64,000 nucleotides of DNA from Octopus sinensis (taxonomy: Eukaryota). The position numbers were made by a program, and so were the translations under genes. Position 1 is the first letter of the stretch. The number at the start of each line of letters is the position of its first letter. Below the pieces are notes generated by a model, which saw only the letters and a list, made by a program, of their open reading frames with translations, did not search any database and was not told the DNA's origin. This document shows, piece by piece, positions 39,984 to 52,600 of this stretch. The DNA is taken from assembly GCF_006345805.1 (NCBI RefSeq), contig NC_043022.1, positions 4,526,001 to 4,590,000 on the forward strand, given 5' to 3'.

Positions 39984-40560
39984 CATCATCATCATCATCA
40001 TCATCATCGTTTAACGTCCGCTTTCCATGCTAGCATGGGTTGGACGGTTCAACTGGGGTCTGGGAAGCCAGAAGGCTGCACCAGGCCAGTCAGATCTGGC
40101 AGTGTTTCTACAGCTGGATGCCCTTCCTAACGCCAACCACTCCGAGAGTGTAGTGGGTGATTTTATGTGCCACCGACACAGGTGCCAGACGAGGCTGGCG
40201 AATGGCCACGCTCGGATGGTGTTCTTTTACGTGCCACCGGCACGGAGGCCAGTCGAGGCGGTACTGGCTACGGCCACGTTTGGATGGTTTTCGTATGTGC
40301 CACCGGCACTGGTACCACAAAACTACAAATTCCATTAATGTTCATCGAGTTTGCTTTTGATTTTGTCCATTTTCACTTGCCTCAACAGGTCTTCACAAGT
40401 AGAGTTATGTGTCCCAAGAAGGAAGGTATGCATAGGTGGACTGACTACGTTCCAGGTAGGGGCCATGGGTTATGGCCTCACTTGTCCAGCCGGGTTTTCT
40501 CACGCACAGCATACTTCCAAAGGTCTCGGTCTCTGGTCATTTCCTCGGTGAGACCTAAAG
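39984..40560 (-). mobile_element. 5'-truncated RTE LINE reaching into the last codons of the ORF
   Basis: Reverse complement gives LGLTEEMTRDRDLWKYAVREKTR, then a single-module 3'UTR and tail. Confidence 0.9.
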
Positions 40561-41775
40561 AGCGAAGGGCGTTCTTCTATTTCACGTTGCTGCAGTACAA
40601 TGATTTCTACCAGTAATACGAAGGGTGACAGCCTTATCACGTTCTGTACAACACTGAATTATCCTCAGAACAACATTAAGGGTTCACGTTGTCTGTGGAG
40701 TACTCGGCCACTTGAACCCTCGTTATCGTAAACGAGAGAGCATCAGTGTGCTTGTAATTTAATTCATTTTGTATTCAAACATTTATTTTATTCAATTATT
40801 TTCAGTTATTTTAATTTTGCTCTCAATTCCATTTGTTCAAATATTTGTCCTCCTAAATGTCTGAGTAATTTACATAATAATTTAAATATTTAAATAAATG
40901 CACTATGTGTATGTGTGTGTGTGTGTGTGATGTGAGTGTGTATGTGTATGTATGCATATATACATATATATATATATGTATGTATATACATTTGTATGCA
41001 CACATGTGTGTGTATACAAGTATATAGATGTGTTTGTGTATATGTATATATATATGTGTGTGTGTGTGTGCGTGTATGTATGTGTATGTATGTGTGTGTA
41101 TGTATATACGTATATATACATACGAGCATATGTGCGTCTATATGTATATACATATACATAAATACATACATACATATATATACACATATGCATACATACA
41201 TATATATATACACATACATATACATATATACATATACACATCGACAGATATAGATACACGTATGTGTTTTAATTACTTTTTTATGTTTGAAATCTGCAAT
41301 AAAAGCTGTATTATGTTTAATTACTTTGCTTCGTTATTATATTAAACAAACAGCAAAGTATATACACATTATTTTTATGTATATATAAAGCACATATTCC
41401 TTTTGCCATTTATTCATTAATTCTATATACACCCTTTAGTATAATATATATTTTCATGATTTTTCATTTTAAACATTTTAGCAAACCAGATTATTTCCTT
41501 AAACATCACCAACAACATTAGACCAAAATTTATTCGTATATGTGTATATATATAAATATGTGTACATGTATGTATGTATGTATGTATGTACGTATGTATG
41601 TATGTATGTATGTACGTATGTATGTATGTACGTGTGTATGTGTGTATGTATGTATGTATGTATGTATGTATGTATGTATGTATGTATGTATGTATGTATG
41701 ATGTATGTATGTATGTGTGTTTATGTGTGTGCACGTGTGAGCATGTGGGTATGTATGTATGTATGTATGTATGTA

Positions 41776-41824
<49 letters not shown>

Positions 41825-43265
41825 ATGTATGTATGTATGTATGTATGTATGTATATATGTGTATGTGTGTTTATATGTGTGTGCACGTGTGTGAGCATGT
41901 GGGTATGTATATATGTATGTATGTAGGTATGTATGTCTGTAAGTATGTATATATACATATACATATATATATAAAATATATATTCATACAGATATAAATA
42001 TTGACACACACACACAAACACACACACACATATACACAGACAACATATATTTATATTTGTTTGTTAATCTTTTCTGCATTTAGAGTAGTTTATTAAATCT
42101 TCCAGAAGCAACTTCTTGCAAAATGGTAATTCCTGTTGTCTGCGTAGTGAGTGCTTATATCAAAGAACTGGATACAATGCTACACCTAATTTTATTGCTT
42201 CACACAGAACCATTCTGGAATTCAATGGAAGAATTTAGAATGTCATCACATGATTTTCCAATTAATTGTCTGCAAGCTAGCAGTATTGCTCTCTCTCTCT
42301 CTCTCTCTTCTCTTTCGACTGATCTCTTCTTGTGTTTTTAACCTCTAACACCTTCAGCACAAAGCTACATTTAAATATATGTGTATATAATTGTATGTGT
42401 GTATGTCAATTTGAAATAATCAGTAAGAAGTATGTACAAATAGTGTAAAATTTATTTATGTGCAACACTGCCTCGTAAGTAGAACAGAATTTATTTCTTC
42501 TTGTGCAGCACTTTTGCACATCAGTAAATAGATTTTATGCCATTCATTTTTTATCTTTTGCTTGTTTTAAGTCATTAGACTGCGACCATGCTGGGGCACA
42601 GCCTTGAAGAATTTTGATTGAATGAATCAACCCCAATACTGCTTTCCTAGCCTGGAACTTATTCTATCAATCCCTTCTGCTGAACTGCCAGGTTATAGTG
42701 AGGTAAACACAACAACACTGGTTGTCAAACAGTAATAGGGATACAAACACAGACACAAAGACACACACACATAGATACATACATATATATATATATATTA
42801 TATATATATATATATATATACGACAGGCTTCTTTCAGTTTCTATCTACAAAATCCACACCAGTTGTCACACATATATGTAAGTACGTCACCATACATGTA
42901 TATATGTATGTTACTATATATGTGTGTGTGTGTGTATGTATGTACGTTACTATACATGTATGTGTGTATATGTATGTATATATATATGTGTGTATGTGTG
43001 TGTGTGTATATATATATATATACACACACACATACACACATATATATACATTGTATTGAAACATTTATTTTATTGAATTATTTTCAGTTATTTTAATTTT
43101 GCTCTCAATTTATTTGTCCTAAATGTGTGTGTAATTTACATAATAATTCAAATATTGAAATAAATGCATTATGTGTGTGTGTGTGTGTGTATATATGTAT
43201 ATATATACATGCATATATGCATACATAATATATATATATATATAATATATATATATATATATAGA

Positions 43266-43336
<71 letters not shown>

Positions 43337-43879
43337 GATGTATATATACATGCATACATATAATATATATTTATACATCCATACATACAGATGCAGCACG
43401 GAATTTTGTCAGTGAACAAGTCGGTCGCAAATCTAACAGTTTTTGTGTATTTAAGTGGCTTATAAACACCTTCCACGCTGCAATTGTTTTCGTTCCAGCA
43501 CACGATCTCAGATCAGGTCACTTGCTATGCAAGTACATCTCTGTAATATATACATACATACATACATATATATCTATATATATATATATATATATGATAT
43601 ATTTGCATATTTGTATAACTTTTATCTTTTACTTGGTGTGCTGCCTTGAAGAATTCTTTATTGAAGAAACCAACCCGAATGCATATTTTTTTAAGCCTAT
43701 AAACTGCCATATTTATCTGAACCACCCTGTATATATAGACACACACACACACACATCAAAAAATGGGATGGCCAAATCTGGAATGCCTTTGATCACAATT
43801 CTGTTCATCAAAAGCTGTTCTAGGACCATTTTACTTGGTGCCAATAAAACAATTTTCTTCGATTTTGCATGGCTCGAAA

Positions 43880-44130
43880 GTCACTTTCCATTTTCAGTGG
43901 TGACAGTACCAACAGTTTTACCCTCTTTCAATTTTCTTAGAGAAAGAATTTATAGAAAGAAATTCCAAATACTGCAGGAACTGAAAAATAATATTTATCC
44001 AGAAATTAGTACATTGGAACCAGATATATTACAAGATGTTATGGAACACTGCCTAGAAAGGGTTTGGCTCTGTGAAAGCAAAAAAAGGAAGGCATTTCTA
44101 AAATGTTACATATTCAATAATTGGTTCAAT
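43880..44130 (+). pseudogene. Tc1/mariner-superfamily transposase C-terminal relic
   Basis: LRERIYRKKFQILQELKNNIYPEISTLEPDILQDVMEHCLERVWLCESKK(GRHF) resembles the typical LK..VY..KP.T..ELK..I...R...C....G.H tail. Confidence 0.55.
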
Positions 44131-44267
44131 GAAAGTCCAAAATAAATATAGTGAAATTCTTTACCATTTTTGCCAAAAATTAAAGAGTTATTCAAGTTTC
44201 AAAACAGAACATTCTTTAGCATAACCAGTTTTACAAACACACACATGCACAAGCACTCACACACGGC

Positions 44268-44320
<53 letters not shown>

Positions 44321-45317
44321 AAAGATTGTGATTTCGATTCCTGGTACCACATTGTGTCCTTGAGCAAGACACTTTATTGCTCCAGTCCACACAGCTGGCA
44401 AAAACAATTTGTACCTGTAATTCCAAAGGGGCCACTCTGGACACATTCAGTGTCATGCTGAACCCCTTACCCTACTGACAGCAACCGCTATACATTGCTT
44501 ATACATCTCTAACAGGCCATTGATCTCCTCCTAATTTTCTTAGAGATCACCAGGTAACAGAGTGAAGGACTCTGTCAAAAGCTTTCTCCAGGTCAATAAA
44601 AGTCAGGTACAATGGTTTACTTTTAACCAGATACATCTCCTGCAGCTGTCTCGCCGGGAAGATGGCATCTGTGGTACTGTATATATTTACTCTTTACTCT
44701 TTTACTTGTTTCAGTCATTTGACTGTGGCCATGCCGGAGCACCGCCTTTAGTCGAGCAAATCGACCCCAGGACTTATTGTTTTGTAAGCCCAGTACTTAT
44801 TCTATCGGTCTCTTTTGCCGAACAGCTAAGTTACGGGGATGTAAACACACCAGCATCGGTTGTCAAGCGATGTTGGGGGGACAAGCACTGACACTCAAAC
44901 ACACACACACATGTATATATACAAATATACGACAGGCTTCTTTCAGTTTCCGTCTACCAAATCCACTCACAAGGTTTTGGTCGGCCCGAGGCAATAGTAG
45001 AAGACACTTGCCCAAGGTGTCACGCAGTGGGACTGAACCCGGAACCATGTGGTTCGTAAGCAAGCTACTTACCACACAGCCACTCCTACGCCTATATAAA
45101 TATTTTTTTTTTCGACATGTGACCGTGTGTGTATCATTCGCGATTTTCTTTCTCCATCTTCCCTTCCTTAGACTTTTTTTTCTATATCTCTGACGAAGAG
45201 CTCCGCTTGAAACGTGAAATCCGCCTTCTTTCTTTCCTTTCCTGAGCGTCCAATAACACTAGACTTGTTCCACGTCCTCGCATTGTTACTTTTTCTCTTT
45301 GTTCATGTTTGGATTAA

Positions 45318-45353
<36 letters not shown>

Positions 45354-45356
<3 letters not shown>

Positions 45357-45744
45357 GAATGGAAGCACTCCGTCGGTTCCGACGACGAGGGTTCCGGTTG
45401 ATCCGAATCAACGGAACAGCCTGCTCGTGAAATTAACGTGTAAGTGGCTGAGCACTCCACAGACACGTGTACCCTTACCGTAGTTCTCGGGGATATTCAG
45501 CGTGACACAGAGAGTGACAAGGCCGGCCCTTTGAAATACAGGTACAACAGAAACAGGAAGTAAGAATGAGAGAAAGTTGTGGTGAAAGAGTACAGCAGGG
45601 ATCACCACCATCCCCTGCCGGAGCCTCGTGGAGCTTTAGGTGTTTTCGCTCAATAAACACTCACAACGCCCGGTCTGGGAATTGAAACCTCGATCCTATG
45701 ACCGCGAGTCCGCTGCCCTAACCACTGGGCCATTGCACCTTCAC
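45354..45744 (-). mobile_element. tRNA(Arg)-like SINE
   Basis: Closely matches 48307-48662 and 49188-49572. Confidence 0.85.
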
Positions 45745-46534
45745 TATATATATATATATACACACACACACATTATATGTATAAATATATATATATTTAT
45801 TTATATATGTGTGTATGTGTGTATATACATTTATATGTTACTGAGGGTACCAAAGCACCTATATTGCTAGAAATAAGAGCTAAAAGAGCACAATATATAT
45901 ACACAGACAGAGAAGGTAAGAGCCTCATGACAGCCCCTAGAATTCCCTGACAAGGCTTAGTTTTGCCTGTCTGGTAGGCATCATCAGTAGTGACTACTCA
46001 AACAGTTGATGGTTTGACTAATTTTGTCTGCCAGTATATATACTTTTACCATAAAAATTTATGGCTGATTTAGCGAAATGCTAATGTGCATATTAAAAAT
46101 TAATATAAACAGCTAAGCACAATATAATAGCACAAAGGGAAAATTTAATCCTCACTAAATGTGACTGAGGATGCCAAGACAGTCAGGGGGGGTTCCTTCC
46201 CATGTCAGTGCATATATATTGCACTTTTCTTATAGCATTAAGAGATTTTAATCCTTATCTCCTATCTCTAGATGCTTTGGCACTCGCAGCCACATTTAGT
46301 GACACTTAAAATTTTCCTTTATGTATTATATTGTACAAAGCTGTTTACATTAATTTTCATATACATTTCTCCAACTAGTAACTTATTCAAATTTCCAATG
46401 GCCAATGATAAGCATCATCTTATGCTTTGAAACTTTAAGTACCACAGAATTTGAATCAGACGGTTTTGATCCAGACATGTAATTCCCCAATAAATGGGTT
46501 GAGTGCCCTTCTTTTGTTTGTCACACACACACAC

Positions 46535-46565
<31 letters not shown>

Positions 46566-46632
46566 ACTGTGTAGTACCATTGGCGATTTTTTTCCCTCCG
46601 TCTTCCCTTCTCTGGATCTTTCCTTTTCCCAT

Positions 46633-46667
46633 GTTTCTGACGAAGAGCTCCGCTCGAAATGTTAAAC
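46633..46667 (+). ncRNA. Minimal type I hammerhead ribozyme motif (Penelope-type)
   Basis: GUUU-CUGACGA-A-GAGC-UCC-GCUC-GAAA-UGU-U-AAAC. Catalytic core intact, stems I and II Watson-Crick, helix III only possible as a dimer. Confidence 0.65.
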
Positions 46668-47192
46668 CCTCTTTCTTCCCTTCCTTCATGAGCGTCCAAT
46701 AATACTATATTTGTTCCATGTCCTCGCGTTGTTGTGTTTTCTCTTTGTGTTTTCATGTTTGGATTAATTTTATATACATATATATATATATATATATACA
46801 CATCATCATTATCATAGTTTAACATTTGCTTTCCATGCTGGCATGAGTTGGACGGTTTGACTGGGGACTGGTGAGCCAGATGGCTGCACCAGGCTCCTAT
46901 CTATACATTTATATATATAAAGAACTTTTATAAGTTTATTGCACTTTAATAAGGAAAAAATCCACAACCTTCCATCTCAATAAACCACTATTGTCCTTGA
47001 AAATTGTTTTTTTTTCTATATTCATTACAGATTTTTTTAAGCTAAATTTCTTCCTACACTTCAATTCTCAGATCTATCTATCTATCTATATATATATATA
47101 AAGGGAGAGTTTACGAAAATAAACAAAAGACAAAGACAGGTGGTGTACAAAACAAACAGATGTATTAGTATAGCACTCAGGAATAGAAAAAG

Positions 47193-47230
47193 TCTTTTAC
47201 GTTTCGAGCATACGCTCTTCTACAGAAAGA
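47193..47230 (-). ncRNA. Minimal type I hammerhead-like motif (A6>U variant)
   Basis: Minus strand reads UCUUU-CUGUAGA-A-GAGC-GUAU-GCUC-GAAA-CGU-A-AAAGA. Confidence 0.55.
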
Positions 47231-47346
47231 TACACAGAAAAAAACAAGGAGAGACAAAAATGTGTGTAGTACCTAACGATCTACATATCTATATATATAT
47301 AGATAGATAAATATATACACACACATGCATGTGCACACACACACAT

Positions 47347-47384
<38 letters not shown>

Positions 47385-47978
47385 TTAAATGCTGTAATGT
47401 TGATACAACTGCCTTGTCACGGTGACAGGGACAAATGTAGAATTTATGAGTTAGGTGACAAATGGGGAGAGCATGGAGAGAAGAAGGAGAGCAAAAAAAA
47501 AAAAAAGAAAACTGTACTTCCTCCATTATAGTATCACCAACAATAATGTAATATTTCTTTTTCTTCCTGACAACAACAAAAAAAAAAAAAAACAAAACAA
47601 AACAAAACCCTTTTTCCTTCCATTCTGCAATTTGTATTAGTTTTCTTTTGTTTTTTGCTCTGTTTTTATTTCACATCTTTCACACCTCTGCCCAACACTG
47701 TCATCCCCTCGACCATCAGTGGATTGTCTCCCCTTGATATCCCAACCCCCCCGCCGTTGACACCGCCACCGCTCCCACTGTCACCACCTCCATCCTCTAT
47801 GTGACTCCTCGTGCCCGCTAATGCAGTGTGATCCCTCCTAGATTTGCCCTTTTATTTTTACAGCCATCCCTAATGTGGCCCTCCCCTATCATCCCAATCA
47901 CGACAATAACCATAACAACAACAACATAATAATAATGTATGTATGCATACAAACACACACACATACATACATATATAC

Positions 47979-48032
<54 letters not shown>

Positions 48033-49620
48033 TACACACACACAAAGGAATTGTCGTATAAATCAAGGTGTCTTCTTCGCTAAATATAATTAATGCTGTC
48101 TTCCCCAGCATGCACATTCCTTGTGCACACATGCACACGCGCACACATATACATGCATATACAAACATACACTCCTTTCTTTCACACACGCTCACACAAA
48201 CACTTATATACACACATTCATTATATACACATACACTCATGCACACATATATCTAACATACACACACACACATAAACACACACATTGAGATATATCCCTA
48301 TATATCGAGGGTTCCGGTTGATCCAATCAACGGAACAGCCTGCTCGTGAAATTAACGTGTAAGTGGCTGAGCACTCCACAGACATGTGTACCCTTAACGT
48401 AGTTCTCGGGGATATTCAGCGTGACACAGAGAGTGACAAGGCCGGCCCTTTGAAATACAGGTACAACAGAAACAGGAAGTAAGAGTGAGAGAAAGTTGTG
48501 GTGAAAGAGTACAGCAGGGATCACCACCATCTCCTGCCGGAGCTGCGTGGAGCTTTTAGGTGTTTTCGCTCAATAAACACTCACAACGCCCGGTCTGGGA
48601 ATCGAAACCGCGATCCTACGACTGCGAGTCCGCTGCCCTAACCACTGGGCCATTGCGCCTCCTGGGATATACATATATATATATATATATAAATATATAT
48701 ATATATATCATCATCATTGTTTAATGTCCGTTTTCCATGCTAGCATGGGTTGGACGGGTATATATATATATGCTTTTCTATTTTGCTACGCTAGGCAAAA
48801 GGCTCAAAACTTTGGGGAGGAAGCCAGTCGATTAGATCGACCCCAGAACGCAACTGGTACTTAATTTATCGACCCCAACAGGATGAAAGGCAAAGTCGAC
48901 CTCGACAGAATTTGAACTCATATATATGTGTGTGTGTGTGTATACATATATATACATATATGCATGTATATATATATCTTTTATCTTTTACTTGTGTCAG
49001 TCATGTGAATGTGGCCATGCTGGGGCAATGCCTTGAAGAATTTTTAGCTGAATGAATCGACCCAACAACTTTCTTTTTAAAGCCTGCTATTTATTCCATC
49101 AGTCTCTTTTGCAGAGACATAAACAAAGCAACACCAGTTGTATATGGGTGCTGATGGTAAAAACACACACACACACACACACATATAGTGGAGGCGCAAT
49201 GGCCCAGTGGTTAGGGCAGCAGACTTGCGATCATGGGATTGCAGTTTCGATTCCCAGACCGGGCGTTGTGAGTGTTTATTGAGCGAAAACACCAAAAGCT
49301 CCACGAGGATCCGGCAGGGGGTGGGGTGGCGAACCCTGCTCAACTTTTTCACCACAACTTTCTCTCACTCTTTCTTCCTGTTTCTGTTGTACCTGTGTTT
49401 TAAAGGGCCAGCCTTGTCACACTCTGTGTCACACTGAATGTCCCTGAGAACTATGTTAAGGCTACACCTGTCTGTGGAGTGCTCAGCCACTCGCACGTTA
49501 ATTTTACAAGCTGGCTGTTCCATTGATCGGATCAACTGGAACCCTCGTTGTCGTAACCAACAGAGTGCCACAATGATATATAGACATACATCACATATAT
49601 TATATTATATTATATATTAT

Positions 49621-52600
49621 CGAAATATGAATCCAAGCTAAGCAATCTATATTTAATTTCAACCGTGTACCTACTTAACTATCTGCAACTGATCTGATCT
49701 TTTAGTTAGCCCTGTTTTATCTCTATTAGTATTATTGTTATGACTTGTGAAATTTAGCCTCACGCCTTGTGTCTTTTTATATGTACATATAATTCTAATT
49801 CTATAGTTCATCTTAATTATATATCGTTGTCTCATGTCTTGTGTTAAATATAATTTAATCTTAAAGCTTGCCCCTAATTTTATTTATTTTATCGATCAGT
49901 CTCACGCCTCGTAGATATAGAATAATGTATTTATAATTTATAGCTCCTTATCGTCCACGCTTCTCCATAGGTTAGGCAAAATTTAGGTATTTATTTATAG
50001 CTACTAATAACTATTTCTCTCCCAAGGAAGAAGAAATGGCTGCCGGCCGATTCTTGGTGGGCCACGACCCCCCCCGTTCCTCTTCAATTGTCTTATATCT
50101 CTTTCGATCGCCATTCGCCCCCCCCCTTTCTCTCGCCACCCTATATGCATATAAACCAGCGACTGATTTCAACGGCCTCACTTGAATTCAGACTGGTATC
50201 CGACTCCCTACGAAAATACGAAATACGAAATATGAATCCAAGCTAAGCAATCTATATTTAATTTCAACCGTGTACCTACTTAACTATCTGCAACTGATCT
50301 GATCTTTTAGTTAGCCCTGTTTTATCTCTATTAGTATTATTGTTATGACTTGTGAAATTTAGCCTCACGCCTTGTGTCTTTTTTATATGTACATATAATT
50401 CTAATCTATAGTTCATCTTAATTATATATCGTTGTCTCATGTCTTGTGTTAAATATATATTTAATCTTAAAGCTTGCCCCTAATTTTATTTTATTTTATC
50501 GATCAGTCTCACGCCTCGTAGATATAGAATAAATGTATTTATAATTTATAGCTCCTTATCGTCCACGCTTCTCCCATAGGTTAGGCAAAATTTAGGTATT
50601 TATTTATAGCTACTAATAACTATTTCTCTCCCAAGGAAGGAAGAAATGGCTGCCGGCCGATTCTTGGTGGGCCACGACCCCCCCGTTCCTCTTCAATTGT
50701 CTTATATCTCTTTCGATCGCCATTCGCCCCCCCCCCTTTTCTCCGCCACCCTATATGCATATAAACCAGCGACTGATTTCAACGGCCTCACTTGAATTCA
50801 GACTGGTATCCGACTCCCTACGAAAATACGAAATACGAAATATGAATCCAAGCTAAGCAATCTATATTTAATTTCAACCCGTGTACCTACTTAACTATCT
50901 GCAACTGATCTGATCTTTTAGTTAGCCCTGTTTTATCTCTATTAGTATTATTGTTATGACTTGTGAAATTTAGCCTCACGCCTTGTGTCTTTTTATATGT
51001 ACATATAATTCTAATTCTATAGTTCATCTTAATTATATATCGTTGTCTCATGTCTTGTGTTAAATATATATTTAATCTTAAAGCTTGCCCCTAATTTTAT
51101 TTATTTTATCGATCAGTCTCACGCCTCGTAGATATAGAATAAATGTATTTATAATTTATAGCTCCTTATCGTCCACGCTTCTCCCATAGGTTAGGCAAAA
51201 TTTAGGTATTTATTTATAGCTACTAATAACTATTTCTCTCCCAGGAAGGAAGAAATGGCTGCCGGCCGATTCTTGGTGGGCCACGACCCCCCCCGTTCCT
51301 CTTCAATTGTCTTATATCTCTTTCGATCGCCATTCGCCCCCCCCCTTTTCTCTCCGCCACCCTATATGCATATAAACCAGCGACTGATTTCAACGGCCTC
51401 ACTTGAATTCAGACTGGTATCCGACTCCCTACGAAAATACGAAATACGAATATGAATCCAAGCTAAGCAATCTATATTTAATTTCAACCCGTGTACCTAC
51501 TTAACTATCTGCAACTGATCTGATCTTTTAGTTAGCCCTGTTTTATCTCTATTAGTATTATTGTTATGACTTGTGAATTTTAGCCTCACGCCTTGTGTCT
51601 TTTTATATGTACATATAATTCTAATTCTATAGTTCATCTTAATTATATCGTTGTCTCATGTCTTGTGTTAAATATATATTTAATCTTAAAGCTTGCCCCT
51701 AATTTTATTTATTTTATCGATCAGTCTCACGCCTCGTAGATATAGAATAAATGTATTTATAATTTATAGCTCCTATCGTCCACGCTTCTCCCATAGGTTA
51801 GGCAAAATTTAGGTATTTATTTATAGCTACTAATAACTATTTCTCTCCCAAGGAAGGAAGAAATGGCTGCCGGCCGATTCTTGGTGGGCCACGACCCCCC
51901 CGTTCCTCTTCAATTGTCTTATATCTCTTTCGATCGCCATTCGCCCCCCCCCTTTTCTCCGCCACCCTATATGCATATAAACCAGCGACTGATTTCAACG
52001 GCCTCACTTGAATTCAGACTGGTATCCGACTCCCTACGAAAATACGAAATACGAAATATGAATCCAAGCTAAGCAATCTATATTTAATTTCAACCCGTGT
52101 ACCTACTTAACTATCTGCAACTGATCTGATCTTTTAGTTAGCCCTGTTTTATCTCTATTAGTATTATTGTTATGACTTGTGAAATTTAGCCTCACGCCTT
52201 GTGTCTTTTTTATATGTACATATAATTCTAATTCTATAGTTCATCTTAATTATATCGTTGTCTCATGTCTTGTGTTAAATATATATTTAATCTTAAGCTT
52301 GCCCCTAATTTTATTTATTTTATCGATCAGTCTCACGCCTCGTAGATATAGAATAAATGTATTTATAATTTATAGCTCCTTATCGTCCACGCTTCTCCCA
52401 TAGGTTAGGCAAAATTAGGTATTTATTTATAGCTACTAATAACTATTTCTCTCCCAAGGAAGGAAGAAATGGCTGCCGGCCGATTCTTGGTGGGCCACGA
52501 CCCCCCCCGTTCCTCTTCAATTGTCTTATATCTCTTTCGATCGCCATTCGCCCCCCCCTTTCTCTTCCCGCCCCCTATATGCATATAAACCAGCGACTGA

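Noticed and set aside
43267-44145. 292-aa ORF as a real gene
   Set aside because: It is a patchwork of TA microsatellite and TE fragments. Only the last ~60 codons resemble a transposase tail.
11820-49260. tRNA genes
   Set aside because: All A/B-box sequences are SINE heads continuing into shared repeat bodies, without full cloverleaf or acceptor stems.
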